Shown piece by piece: positions 1 through 9,598 of a DNA stretch of 32,000 nucleotides (within the stretch, counting starts at the first letter, position 1; every line of letters starts with the position of its first letter). The notes under the pieces were generated by a model that was given only the letters and a program-made list of their open reading frames with translations, had not been told where the DNA came from and made no database searches. The stretch spans positions 30,001 to 62,000 of the forward strand of contig NZ_JAYKGW010000104.1 in assembly GCF_035285525.1 (NCBI RefSeq), written 5' to 3'. The stretch is from Okeania sp. (lineage in GTDB: Bacteria > Cyanobacteriota > Cyanobacteriia > Cyanobacteriales > Microcoleaceae). The position numbers and the translations under genes are program-made.

Positions 1-1
1 T

Positions 2-739
2 TATCAACTTTGTGGTAAACAAAAACCTTGGTGGATATTATTTGGAGCGGCTTTAACAACTGTTTTAATTTTATTAAGTCCAATTCTCACAGTTTTTCTA
101 GAAGTATTTCGGACAATACTTCCTGGGAATGTATCAGTAAATCCTCAGCAAGTAGGGTTTATAGATTTTCTAATTAGAATGTTCTTCGGAGCCGGATTAA
201 TGGAAGAATTACTGAAAGCATTACCTGTGTTTTTAGCATTATTAATAGGTCGTAGTTTACATTCTCCCTGGCGACAAAAAATAGGAGTTTGGGAACCTCT
301 AGATGGAATTTTATTAGGAACAGCTTCCGCAATAGGATTTACTTTATTAGAAACTCTAGGGCAGTATGTTCCGAGTATTGTGGATAGTGCCAGTTTACAA
401 TTAGGAGTAGGTGCTGGTGAATTGGTAGGATTACAATTATTAATTCCCAGAATTTTAGGGTCAGTTGCTGGACATATAGCTTATAGTGGTTATTTTGGTT
501 ATTTTATAGGATTAAGTGTTTTAAGACGACGCAATAGTTGGTTAATTTTAGGAGTTGGGTATTTTACTGCTTCTATTCTTCATGCTTTATGGAATGCTTC
601 TGGAGTTTTAAATATATTTCTTTTAGCATTTGTAGGAGTAGTTTCTTATGCTTTTTTAGGAGCAGCAATTTTAAAAGCAAGAGTTTTGTCTCCAACAAGG
701 AATGAAAATTTTGCGACTCAAGCTATAATTAATAAGTGA
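2..739 (+). CDS. PrsW-family intramembrane protease (5-prime partial, continues off the window edge)
   Basis: Reading frame 2 by hand shows it is open from base 2 (YQLCGKQKPWWILFGAALTT...) to the stop at 737-739. The ATG at 179 is therefore internal. The protein is polytopic and hydrophobic, with PrsW signature motifs EExxK (MEELLKAL), FxxxE (FTLLETL) and HxxxN (HALWN). Confidence 0.7.
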   Translation, partial: YQLCGKQKPWWILFGAALTTVLILLSPILTVFLEVFRTILPGNVSVNPQQVGFIDFLIRMFFGAGLMEELLKALPVFLALLIGRSLHSPWRQKIGVWEPLDGILLGTASAIGFTLLETLGQYVPSIVDSASLQLGVGAGELVGLQLLIPRILGSVAGHIAYSGYFGYFIGLSVLRRRNSWLILGVGYFTASILHALWNASGVLNIFLLAFVGVVSYAFLGAAILKARVLSPTRNENFATQAIINK

Positions 740-1069
740 GGAGGTAGGGAGTAATAATGAAATAAGTTTAGAACATTACTCAATTTTGTTTTTTGGGAAA
801 CAAAATTTTCTTTGCCATCAATATTGTACTTTGGAAAGAAGTTAATATTGGAGAGACAAAAAAAAGATCGCCCTATTTGAAGAAGTTAGAGCGATAATAT
901 TTTTAACTGGCGATTAACTCTTTACCTGTTAAATGCTAAACACTCTTAGGTCGGAACTGGTCACGCCAATACGACGTATTGTTACCGATCAGAACATTTA
1001 CTTATTGCTAAGTAGGCTGGACTAACCATTTAAGCGACTTGAGCGCTTTGATTAGATTTGTGGTTAGTC

Positions 1070-1684
1070 TTAGCTTTTAGTAGTTATTTTAATCTTGAGG
1101 TTATCAAAACTCATATTTCTGAACTCACCCTTCGCTGGGGTATCTATTAAAAAGCCAATCTTAGCTCCTAAGTTAGGATCGTTGTCAGCAAAAGTATAGT
1201 TAAAAGACCATTCCTTTGTTTCTCCCCATGTAACACGAGGCTTTAAACTAGATGTTTCAATAGCAGTAGTAAGTAATGTACCAGTATTATCCTTATCTCC
1301 TCCCACAGTCAAGCCAATATAATCAGCATGAGCAAGCTCCGCTGATACTCCGTTTTGATCTTTAGGTCCATCGAAGTTACAGACATCAATAGTTATAGTA
1401 TAGTCACCAGCAAGTAAAGGAAAATCGAAATTAACAAAAGCTTTTCCTCCATATTCAGGGAAACTATTAGCCATTCCTAGTGTTTTTGAACCAGCAGTCG
1501 CTTTACAACCCTCAGCTCCATCAGGGAAGAAGTGTTGCTCTGAGTTTACAGTCCATTCACCATCATCTTCTATGTCATTTTCAATTACTATAACCTGTTC
1601 TTGAGCAGCAGCTATAGTTGGATTAATACCAAAACAAGTCAATGCTAATAGCACTGAAATTGCCCATACTAATATTGATTTCAT
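1070..1684 (-). CDS. Secreted protein of unknown function (signal peptide plus probable beta-sandwich domain)
   Basis: The ORF is 1070-1714. The internal Met (MKSILVWAISVLLALTCFG..AAAQEQ) has an AGGAGA Shine-Dalgarno 8 nt upstream, so I start it at 1684. It has a classic N-terminal signal peptide. The mature part is rich in G/D/N/T with alternating beta-like pattern. I recognise no family motif. Confidence 0.6.
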   Translation of the reverse strand: MKSILVWAISVLLALTCFGINPTIAAAQEQVIVIENDIEDDGEWTVNSEQHFFPDGAEGCKATAGSKTLGMANSFPEYGGKAFVNFDFPLLAGDYTITIDVCNFDGPKDQNGVSAELAHADYIGLTVGGDKDNTGTLLTTAIETSSLKPRVTWGETKEWSFNYTFADNDPNLGAKIGFLIDTPAKGEFRNMSFDNLKIKITTKS

Positions 1685-2001
1685 CTCAGGAGTCTCCTGT
1701 TTTTGTGGTTTCAATGTTAACGTGATTTTTTAACTATAGATAGGTTAAATAACCCAGTCCTTAACCCCCATAGGGTTAGATTTAGGTACTTTTTAAACCT
1801 TTTTGATACATGATGATAGAAATTTAATATTTTCTTTATAAATAGAAATTGCACTAAAAATATTAATCATATCATGGTTTATACAGCTAAACAAAAAACT
1901 AAGTTTATTGTATTTATTATTGTTTTTTAGTCTTAGTTTTATGGGAAATTTCTTTGAGTAACCTAGTTGTTTCTGTGTAAGTTCTAATTACCAAAAATTT
2001 T

Positions 2002-2853
2002 TCAACTCAACCAGTTAGCGATCGCTTCTATTTGGTCTGTTGATAATAAAGGTGGGTTATGACCACAAGGAAAATGCTTTATAGTTATTTGAGGATGAAT
2101 AGATTGCATTTTCTCGATAGTTTCTGGCAATAATAGATAAGATTCTTCACCATGTAACAATAATACAGGACAATTTACTGATGACCAAGTTTCCCAAAAA
2201 TCAACTGGTTTAAGTTCACCTGTACTAACTCTAAAAATATCTATAATAGACAAATCATAGTGTAATTTATATTTACCTTCAGAAGTATTTTTAACAGTAT
2301 ATTTAGCTATATGTTCCCATTCTGAATCAGTTAAAGCACCATAATCGGAATAAAATTCTCTCACATATTCTGTTACTTGATTCAAATTCTCAAAATCAAA
2401 GTTTCCTTGAGTTAAATATTTTTTTGCCCAACGTTTTAAACTTTCAGAAACAATCTCAGCTCCAATATCATTCATAACTAATCTGTTAATTAGAGAATTT
2501 TTTTGGGAGGCAATAAACATTCCAATTAAACCACCCATTGATGTTCCTATCCAATCAATGTTACTGAGATTTAATTGATTAATTAAAGTCAGCATATCTG
2601 AGATATAAAGAGGTAAACCATAATCAGAAGAATTAGATAAGCGATCGCTTTTCCCTCTCCCTACTATATCCGGGCAAATAATCCGATATTTTTCTGACAA
2701 AGTAGCAGCTAAATAGTCAAAATCTCTCCCTGTACGACTAAAACCATGAACACAAATTAACACCTGATTATTCTCAGGATTACCCCATTGAGTATAAGCC
2801 ATTCGATGATTACCATTGGGGTTTTTACATTCTATATATTCATACTTTACCAT
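2002..2853 (-). CDS. Alpha/beta-fold hydrolase
   Basis: The oxyanion region reads HGFSRTGRDFD. The nucleophile elbow G-x-S-x-G reads GTSMGG. A C-terminal His lies in FPCGHNPP. The length (283 aa) is typical for the fold. Confidence 0.8.
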   Translation of the reverse strand: MVKYEYIECKNPNGNHRMAYTQWGNPENNQVLICVHGFSRTGRDFDYLAATLSEKYRIICPDIVGRGKSDRLSNSSDYGLPLYISDMLTLINQLNLSNIDWIGTSMGGLIGMFIASQKNSLINRLVMNDIGAEIVSESLKRWAKKYLTQGNFDFENLNQVTEYVREFYSDYGALTDSEWEHIAKYTVKNTSEGKYKLHYDLSIIDIFRVSTGELKPVDFWETWSSVNCPVLLLHGEESYLLLPETIEKMQSIHPQITIKHFPCGHNPPLLSTDQIEAIANWLS

Positions 2854-2927
2854 TATAAAAATCCTATTTTATTTGTGTCTAAAAATCTTACTCCTTTTAG
2901 GGAAAACTTAACTGATAATAGTCTTAG

Positions 2928-3049
2928 TTTTTTTTATCTACTTTTTGATTTTTCGCAACCTATTTAGGGCTGGATGATTAAATATCAAAGTAGTATTTAA
3001 TAAAAATTTTATCCTTTTTAGGTCGAAAAAAATACCTGCTTTTGAGCTG
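2928..3049 (+). repeat. Dispersed intergenic repeat, families Q+P (TTTTTATCTAYTTTTTGATTT..GCAACCTATT + TAGGGCTGG.TGATTAAATAT....TTTTAGGTC..AAAAA....GCTTTTG)
   Basis: It aligns with 5603-5706 and 20247-20331 on the same strand, and more weakly with 16941-17026 on the opposite strand. The Q part also occurs at 8262-8310 (minus), 13655-13690, 16889-16915 and 30290-30320. Confidence 0.8.
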
Positions 3050-3107
3050 CTCAATTCCCCGAAATCTGCTGTCAAACTTATTCCTTCTTCTTTCTTCATT
3101 CTTAAAA

Positions 3108-4274
3108 CTACACCAACTCCTGATAAAAACTTAATAATTGCCTAGCTAAAGCCTTATTTGTATACTGATTCATTGCCTTTTCATAACCTTTTTCCCCTAA
3201 ACTTTCAGCTAATTCTTTTTGTTCCATCAACTGCATTAAACGATCTCTTAATTCCTCAACATTACCCTCTGAAAAAACCAAACCAGCATCTCCAATTACA
3301 TGAGGAATTTCCCCAGAATCAGAACCTATTACCGGAACTTTACAAGCCATTGCCTCAATTAAAACATGACCAAATTGTTCTTTCCAGCCAACAGAAGTTA
3401 AAGTTTTAAACCTATAAGTAGTTTCTGATGGTAAAACCAAAGTATTCATCAGATTAATATATTTTTGTACATGGTCGTGAGGTACACTTTCTACAAAAAT
3501 TAAGCGGTCTTTAATGCCTAATTTTGTTGCAGTTTCTAACAAAGTTTCTTTTAATTCACCTCTACCCAATAATAACCATTTCCAATTTTTTTCCTGTAAA
3601 GCTGCTAAAGATTTAGTCAGAGTTAATAAACCTTTTTCCTCAACAAAACGACCCACAAAACCGACCACAAAATCATCAGGTTTAATTCCTAAATTATCCT
3701 TTAATTCTACTTGAGGTTCTGGTTTAAATAGAGTTTCATCTACACCTAACTGAGGCATCACTTTAATCGGACCTTTGTAACCTCTATCTCTTAAAATATC
3801 TTCTCCATCTTTATTTCCAGCCACAATTCCATCAGTATTTTTGAGGTTATAATTTTCCAGCAAAGAAATAGGAAATTTGAGAGTATAAGGTAAATTCCAC
3901 CAAGTAAAAAATAAACTTTTTGCCTTCAGTCCTAAAAGTTTCTTAAAAGTAATAAACTGAGCATAAGTTAAAGCCTTAGAACCCTGTTCTACTTGAATAA
4001 TATCTGGCTTAAATTCCCGGAGCAAACTAACTAGATCGAGACCAAAAGTTAGTAAAGCTTGATTATTTTCACTGAAATTAGAAATAGGTACTACTTTAAA
4101 AGAACCCTCATCAAGAAATTGGGTTTCAACTATTTGGCTTTGTACTCCTTTTGGATTCCAGCGACGGGGTACAACAACCGTAACTTCAATACCCGGTTCA
4201 AGTTGAGCTAAAGCCCGTAACTTTTCCCGATTAAGGTCAACAATATAAGTGTGGCTAGCTATTAATATTTTCAT
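3108..4274 (-). CDS. Glycosyltransferase family 4 (GT-B fold, retaining)
   Basis: The C-terminal half has the GT4 E-x7-E region (EQFGHVLIEAMACKVPVIGSDSGEIPHVI) and the GRFVEEKG motif preceding it. Length is 388 aa. Confidence 0.85.
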   Translation of the reverse strand: MKILIASHTYIVDLNREKLRALAQLEPGIEVTVVVPRRWNPKGVQSQIVETQFLDEGSFKVVPISNFSENNQALLTFGLDLVSLLREFKPDIIQVEQGSKALTYAQFITFKKLLGLKAKSLFFTWWNLPYTLKFPISLLENYNLKNTDGIVAGNKDGEDILRDRGYKGPIKVMPQLGVDETLFKPEPQVELKDNLGIKPDDFVVGFVGRFVEEKGLLTLTKSLAALQEKNWKWLLLGRGELKETLLETATKLGIKDRLIFVESVPHDHVQKYINLMNTLVLPSETTYRFKTLTSVGWKEQFGHVLIEAMACKVPVIGSDSGEIPHVIGDAGLVFSEGNVEELRDRLMQLMEQKELAESLGEKGYEKAMNQYTNKALARQLLSFYQELV

Positions 4275-4331
4275 AGTTATTTTTGTCTAATTCCTGAAAA
4301 AAACTAATGTGATAATACTGAAGAAAAAACC

Positions 4332-4380
4332 GGGTTTGGAGACCAAATCCAGTTAGATAAAATTTTACAACTTACTTAGG
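4332..4380 (+). repeat. ~50-nt repeat with internal hairpin (GGTTTGG-AGA-CCAAAYC), copy 1
   Basis: gggtttggagaccaaatccagttagataaaattttacaactt recurs 144 nt downstream at 4476-4527. On the minus strand, copy 1 reads hairpin plus GGTTTTTTCTT, so it may terminate the Rpn transcript. Confidence 0.8.
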
Positions 4381-4475
4381 ATTGCTATACAAAAAAAACG
4401 GTATAGATAGTTTAATCATCTAAAGATGACTTTAGTTAAAAACCCACAGATTTTAATCCTTGGCAAACTTGGTTT

Positions 4476-4527
4476 GGGTTTGGAGACCAAACCCCGTTAG
4501 ATAAAATTTTATAACTTCATTTCTTAG
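4476..4527 (+). repeat. ~50-nt repeat with internal hairpin, copy 2
   Basis: The sequence is gggtttggagaccaaaccccgttagataaaattttataactt. It has a perfect 8-bp stem GGGTTTGG/CCAAACCC. Confidence 0.8.
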
Positions 4528-4565
4528 GGATAGTTAATCTTTGGAAAAAATCCAATTATTAATTA

Positions 4566-5531
4566 TTAATTGTTTTTAGTTTGGTCTAACCAAGCTAATA
4601 AATCGGATATATTTTTGAAGTTTAACATTGCCTTACTTAATTCTTCTAGTTCTAGACTTGATAATTGATGAAAAAGTTCTTTTATATTAATATCAATCTC
4701 GCCCAATAAACGCTCTAATAAACTTATAATTAATTCCCTTTTACCTTCTTCACGACCTTCCCTTTTACCTTCTTCACGACCTTCTCTTTTACCTTCTTCA
4801 CGACCTTCTCTTTTACCTTGATTACGACTAAAAGCAATCGCTCCTTTTCGGTCAAGAATAAATCGCTCTTGACCTTCTAATCGTTCTAATTCTACTGGAC
4901 TTAAATTAGACTCATTAGCAATACTAAAAGCATGATTAATTTCCGGAACTATTCCCATTGATTCTGGTACTATTTCCAAATTATTAGTGTGTTTCAAAAA
5001 GTAAAGCCATTTATCCGTAAGACTTTCTAAATCTGCTAACTTTTTTTTAAACTTAGGTAACTCCACAAAAAACATTTCTAAGTAGCTATCTGGGTAAAGA
5101 AAAGAATCATCCCATTCTTTGAAGACAAAGCGGTTAATAATTTTTTCAGTATCTTCAAACATGGTAAAATCAGTAATAGTTAGAGAAATTACAGGTTGTA
5201 AATCATCATAAATTTGCCCTCTTTTAAGTTGATTAACATAAACTTTAGCTGCATAGTAAGGAATTCTTTTATTGAAACCTTCTACATTTAATACCTGCAT
5301 TTCAATAATGACTATCGAACCATTATCAAGAGTAACCTTCACATCTAAAAATGAATCTTTGAAAAGAGCGATCGCTCCAGGTTCATAAGTATGACTAAAT
5401 TCTAAGTCATGGATAGTATTTTCACCTTTATAGAGCATTGCATTCAGAAAACTAATCAGAATATTTTTACTTTCCTTAGAGCTAAAGATTTTTTTGAAAG
5501 CATAATCTGTTTTTGGATTAATAAATCTCAT
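4566..5531 (-). CDS. Rpn-family recombination-promoting nuclease / putative transposase (PD-(D/E)XK, YhgA-like)
   Basis: The N-terminus MRFINPKTDYAFKKIF is the hallmark of this family, so the start is set at the second Met (5531). The catalytic region reads D..IIEMQ. The C-terminal part has four GKREGREE repeats followed by a helical tail, as in many cyanobacterial paralogs. Confidence 0.8.
   Translation of the reverse strand: MRFINPKTDYAFKKIFSSKESKNILISFLNAMLYKGENTIHDLEFSHTYEPGAIALFKDSFLDVKVTLDNGSIVIIEMQVLNVEGFNKRIPYYAAKVYVNQLKRGQIYDDLQPVISLTITDFTMFEDTEKIINRFVFKEWDDSFLYPDSYLEMFFVELPKFKKKLADLESLTDKWLYFLKHTNNLEIVPESMGIVPEINHAFSIANESNLSPVELERLEGQERFILDRKGAIAFSRNQGKREGREEGKREGREEGKREGREEGKRELIISLLERLLGEIDINIKELFHQLSSLELEELSKAMLNFKNISDLLAWLDQTKNN
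4737..4820 (-). repeat. In-frame 24-bp tandem repeat (about 3.5 units) inside the Rpn gene, encoding (GKREGREE)n
   Basis: Plus-strand units ccttttaccttcttcacgaccttc lie at 4737-4760, 4761-4784 and 4785-4808, with a partial unit to 4820. Confidence 0.9.
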
Positions 5532-5602
5532 AATAAATAGCGTGTTAGTTCTTGATACTTTGACTTCGATACAGACATTGTAGATCAAGTTTTTACCTAC
5601 TG

Positions 5603-5706
5603 CTAATTTTTGACTTTATCTAGGGCTGGCTGATTAAATATAAAAGTCTTTATAGATAAAAGTTTTAGCAACTTGTTTGTTGGAAAAAAGTAACAGCTTT
5701 TAGGTC
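5603..5706 (+). repeat. Dispersed intergenic repeat, family P copy 2
   Basis: The segments tagggctggctgattaaatataaaagt ... ggaaaaaagtaacagcttttaggtc align with 2965-3049 and 20247-20331. Confidence 0.8.
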
Positions 5707-5917
5707 AAAAAGGTGAAAAAAGTTAGGACAAAAAGCTCACCCTTAAGAGAAAAATTAAAAGACAATTTTTCTATACGGACATTGCATGCAACATCCCTAC
5801 TCCTCTATAACTCCTATTTCTCCTAAGTTCTCCTTCAGGGAAGGGTTAGGGGTAGATTTACTCCTTTATTATTCGAAAGTTATCAATTATTCACCCCTGT
5901 TATCTATTCCCTATTCC

Positions 5918-6901
5918 CTATTTCCTATTTCCTACTCCCTGTTCCCTTGTATAAATTTGCCCGTCATCCCAAAGAGATTGAATTCTTGTTTGCATAGCAC
6001 TAAGAAAACCAAGAGTATAGAAACTTCCACGAGTAATTATTTTAATAGGAGAACCACTTTTATAACAAGGAGGATTCCCCAAAACATGACAATCAAATAA
6101 CTTACCAAAGAAACGCAGACATTGATTAAAAGTCAGATTTTTTAATCCCATAAAAAAGTGATTGTGATAGAAAGTAACTTGATATTTGAGCGACCTTGTA
6201 GAAATATCATGGCAACCTCCACTTTCTTCACCCAAGTGAACTAAAGAAGCTTCTGGATCGAACCAAATATGATAATCAGTTTGTCGTAACCTCAAACAAA
6301 AATCTGACTCTTCCCGTACTGCACTACCCCGAAACCGCTCATCAAAACTCAGACCATACTTAGTAAAAATTTCTCGACGATAAGACATATTACAACCTCT
6401 TGCGGAAATGACTCTTTGAGGTTTAACTGTATGCACCAAATCTATATGATACCAAGCAATACCAGGGTCAAAAGCTTCTGGAGGTAAATTCTCTATTTCC
6501 AACTCTCCACCCGAATCTCCTAATTTCATTCGGTCAAATACTCGTCCTGCTACTGCTCCTATTTCTGGGCGAACATAGTTACGAGCATGAGCAGCTAAAA
6601 ATCCCTTTTCCAAGCGTACATCATCATCAATAAAAATTATTATTTCCCCACTACAATGTCTGACCGCATAATTTCTCGCTCCTGGTAAACTTGCCCAAGT
6701 CAGACCAAATAATTTAATTTTGCCAGCATTAGCTTGTTCATCCAAATAAGCTTGAGTTTCTGGTTTATGAGTCGCCGTTTGGTCAACTACCAAAACTTCA
6801 AAATTAGGGTAATCTTGTTTAATAACATCAGCGATCGTATCAACTAGAGGTTCCTCCCGATTATAGGTAGGAATAACAACAGAAATTGATGGTAAATTCA
6901 T
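5918..6901 (-). CDS. Glycosyltransferase family 2 (GT-A fold)
   Basis: The N-terminus ISVVIPTYNREEPL is typical, followed by VVDQ and IFIDDDV (DxD) motifs. The last ~10 codons (REQGVGNRK) run into a CCCTATT-type STRR array. Confidence 0.85.
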   Translation of the reverse strand: MNLPSISVVIPTYNREEPLVDTIADVIKQDYPNFEVLVVDQTATHKPETQAYLDEQANAGKIKLFGLTWASLPGARNYAVRHCSGEIIIFIDDDVRLEKGFLAAHARNYVRPEIGAVAGRVFDRMKLGDSGGELEIENLPPEAFDPGIAWYHIDLVHTVKPQRVISARGCNMSYRREIFTKYGLSFDERFRGSAVREESDFCLRLRQTDYHIWFDPEASLVHLGEESGGCHDISTRSLKYQVTFYHNHFFMGLKNLTFNQCLRFFGKLFDCHVLGNPPCYKSGSPIKIITRGSFYTLGFLSAMQTRIQSLWDDGQIYTREQGVGNRK

Positions 6902-6945
6902 AGTCTACTATCCTTTGAAGTTGAGTTTAATTTGATTTATATTTG

Positions 6946-8058
6946 CTAATTTTTTTTCTCCAAAACCTGCTTCCAGAAAAAGTTTTCCAAGAATATGAAG
7001 GTAAATAAATAAAATGTTAGTAAAACCATTGTTATTATCATCACAATAACTACTTTTAAATATGGTTCAACATCAAAAGTTTTTGTTAGGGGACCGAATA
7101 AAACAAAGTATAGAGGTTGATGTATAAGATATATTTGGTATGAGTAGATACCTAGTAATGATAGTAATTCTAAGATATAGCGTATTTTTTTTTGTTGTTT
7201 ACTCAATAATTCAAAAATCAAATAACAAGCTATAAAAAAGAAGGGAGTAAACAGAATATCAAATCCTTCCATATAGATAATATCTATTTTTTGCCATGTC
7301 ATTGATAAATAAACAACTAATCCTGTAGTAAAAACTCCTGTAACTACAGTATAATCTATCTTTCTAAAAGTAGATTTTTTCCAGAAGATAATACCCCAAT
7401 ATAATCCTAAGCACAACTGAAAAAAATAACTACCTAAGAAATCATTTTGTAATAGATACCAATAAACTTGAGATTTATTATCTATTAAAATGCAAGCTAT
7501 TTTAGTTATAACTCCGCCAATGATTCCTAACCACAGAATTTTGGCTGGCTGACTATTGCAAATAATAAATATTAGGGGAATAACCAGATAAGCTTCTAAA
7601 ATAACTGTAAAAAACCAAAACCCCGGATTAATTGCCTGAAATTTATAACCTGCTAGACCAATAATACTTAATAGTAGATTAAAATTTAGCTGTATATTTC
7701 TGTTTCCGAAAAAATAATATAGCAATAAACTTAAAACAACAGCTAATATATAGCCTGGATAAATTCGATTAATTCTTTTGAGTACCCAATCTTTCCAATT
7801 TACTTCTAGTTGCTCAGAGTTATTTTTTTGATTTTTTAACAAGAGAATGTAGCTAGTAGTAAATCCCGCCATTACAAAGAATATATCTACAGCTGCATAT
7901 CCCACTTTAGCACCAGCTCTATCTAATATACTAATCAGATTAATTTCCTTGGGGTAGTTTTGAAAAAAATGAAATAAAATAACACCTAAAATTGCTAAAC
8001 CTTTAGTATAATCGACCCAATACAATCGATTTTTATTGCTAGGATTGTTACTAGACAT
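6946..8058 (-). CDS. Acyltransferase family 3 membrane O-acyltransferase
   Basis: The protein is 370 aa and about 10 TM. The N-terminal W(V/I)DxxKG (YWVDYTKGLAILGVILFH) and the following VDIFFVMAGF motif are typical of acyltransferase_3 (OafA/YrhL-like) proteins. Confidence 0.8.
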   Translation of the reverse strand: MSSNNPSNKNRLYWVDYTKGLAILGVILFHFFQNYPKEINLISILDRAGAKVGYAAVDIFFVMAGFTTSYILLLKNQKNNSEQLEVNWKDWVLKRINRIYPGYILAVVLSLLLYYFFGNRNIQLNFNLLLSIIGLAGYKFQAINPGFWFFTVILEAYLVIPLIFIICNSQPAKILWLGIIGGVITKIACILIDNKSQVYWYLLQNDFLGSYFFQLCLGLYWGIIFWKKSTFRKIDYTVVTGVFTTGLVVYLSMTWQKIDIIYMEGFDILFTPFFFIACYLIFELLSKQQKKIRYILELLSLLGIYSYQIYLIHQPLYFVLFGPLTKTFDVEPYLKVVIVMIITMVLLTFYLFTFIFLENFFWKQVLEKKN

Positions 8059-8410
8059 TTTAGTTATATAAAATAATTAATACAAGTGTAAGCATTCAGA
8101 TTTTTCTGCGGAATTAATTTGTCACCAATAGCTTTTGAAATAACCAAACAATTAAGGTTAGCTAGTGACCTTTTTATTTCCTGCGAAATGGTAGGCAAAC
8201 ATAAGTTTAAATTCTCCTTGTAGATTAATTGCTCTTTCAGTGTGATAATCATTTAATAACTGATATAGCAATCTTAAATAGGTTGCAACAAATCAAAAAA
8301 TAGATAAAAAAACTGATTTCTCAGGAACCGTAACTCTTACCAGTTAAGTGTTCCCTATTCCCTAAAAGCAATAAAATTTTATACACGAATCAAATAGTGA
8401 TAGCTAAATG

Positions 8411-9346
8411 CTATAGATAATTCAGAAAGATATTAAAATGACGCCAGCCTAAAAATCTTCTTTCTTCCTTTTTGACAGAAGAAGATATTTCTGCTATTTC
8501 TATTAATCTACTAGGTGTTGTATTTCTATCTACTTTGATCCGAGGTAATTTATAATTATTTTTCCCCCACCCTAATTTTAAAATTTGATGATTGTATAAG
8601 TAGCCGGAAACATAGTATTTAGATGTATAATTTTCTACCTGGGAATTAGAGTCATTATAGGGATATGCTAGATGAGTAGCAATTGTTTGGTTATTATCCA
8701 GTTCTTTTGTACATTCTCTTAAAACTTGTTGAGCAGCTTCTAATTCTATTTTTAACTCTGGGGAATTTAGTTCTGTGAGTCTTTTATGACTAAAACCATG
8801 AGATTGAACATCATAATATCCTTTATTGATTCCTATTTTTAATTCTTCACAACTTATATATTTCTTGATTTTTTTAGGATTTTTCATCGTTTCCGGGTTA
8901 ACAAACAAAACTACTTTAACTTTTTGATTATATTTTTGATCTAGATATTCTAAAATTGGTAGTACATTAGTATTAATATTTTTATATCCATCATCAAAAG
9001 TTAGCAGAATCGCCTTTTGACCTATCTTTTCAGTGGGGATAGGCTGAGAGTTAGTTAAAAAATAATTATAAAGTTGATCAGTATCTAGAAACCAGTAATT
9101 TTCACGAACCAAGTATTCTAGAAATTCGGCTAAATCTTGTTTTTTATAATCAAGACCATAGCTACTTTTTTGATTTTGAGTGTTAATAATATTATGGAAA
9201 CCAAATATAGGAATTTTATCTGCTTCAAAGTTAACAATTAACCATGTTTCCAAATCAAAAAATATGGAAATTGTTGTACATAAACCTACTAAGAATAAAA
9301 ATAAAATCCGAATTATTTTTAGTTTAAATATAGAATTTATTCCCAT
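8411..9346 (-). CDS. Polysaccharide deacetylase (NodB homology domain, CE4), membrane anchored
   Basis: There is an N-terminal TM helix. NodB motif 1 is TFDDGY (LLTFDDGYKN). Motif 2 is H-x4-H (QSHGFSHKRL). Together these give the Asp-His-His metal triad. Confidence 0.8.
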   Translation of the reverse strand: MGINSIFKLKIIRILFLFLVGLCTTISIFFDLETWLIVNFEADKIPIFGFHNIINTQNQKSSYGLDYKKQDLAEFLEYLVRENYWFLDTDQLYNYFLTNSQPIPTEKIGQKAILLTFDDGYKNINTNVLPILEYLDQKYNQKVKVVLFVNPETMKNPKKIKKYISCEELKIGINKGYYDVQSHGFSHKRLTELNSPELKIELEAAQQVLRECTKELDNNQTIATHLAYPYNDSNSQVENYTSKYYVSGYLYNHQILKLGWGKNNYKLPRIKVDRNTTPSRLIEIAEISSSVKKEERRFLGWRHFNIFLNYL

Positions 9347-9400
9347 ATCATCTTTCTAATTCTCCTCTAAAAAATGGCAAATTGCAGTTATTTATTTCTA

Positions 9401-9537
9401 ATTTTACCAAAAAATGAGGGTATGTGTCTCCCCTTTTAACCCGCGTTCCGCACGTCAAGTTATAACACTAGAATATTTCAAGCCTCCGACTTTAGTCGAA
9501 GTTCACTCTCTACTGATAACTGATAACTGAAATAACC
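9401..9537 (-). repeat. MITE-like dispersed repeat, family R
   Basis: The reverse complement (ggttatttcagttatcagttatcagtagagagtgaacttcgactaaagtcggaggcttgaaata...) aligns with 20385-20508. It contains a CTGATAA STRR and the palindrome CGACTAAAGTCG. Confidence 0.8.
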
Positions 9538-9598
9538 TATCTGCGGAAGTAAATTTAATGCCTCTAGGAAGTTGCACGCTTAATGCTTACAAATAAAC

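Noticed and set aside
740-1069. Hairpins downstream of the PrsW gene (atcgc..gcgat near 866-896) and at the 3-prime end of the secreted-protein gene (gactaacca..tggttagtc, 1020-1068)
   Set aside because: The stems are short or the loops are 19-30 nt, and a proper U-tract is missing. This is not convincing enough to annotate as terminators.
3158-3714. Plus-strand ORFs 3158-3409 and 3514-3714
   Set aside because: Both lie entirely antisense within the well-supported GT4 gene. Their translations are low-complexity (P/L/N/F-rich) with no motifs. They are typical shadow ORFs.
5786-6100. Plus-strand ORF of 104 aa
   Set aside because: It overlaps the 3-prime end of the GT2 gene on the opposite strand and reads through a CCCTATT STRR array (SLFPISYSLFP). 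This is a repeat-translation artefact.
8064-8252. Minus-strand ORF of 62 aa upstream of the acyltransferase
   Set aside because: It is short with no recognisable motif and sits in a repeat-bearing spacer (family Q and the ACGGTTCC motif lie just upstream). It is more likely 5-prime UTR.
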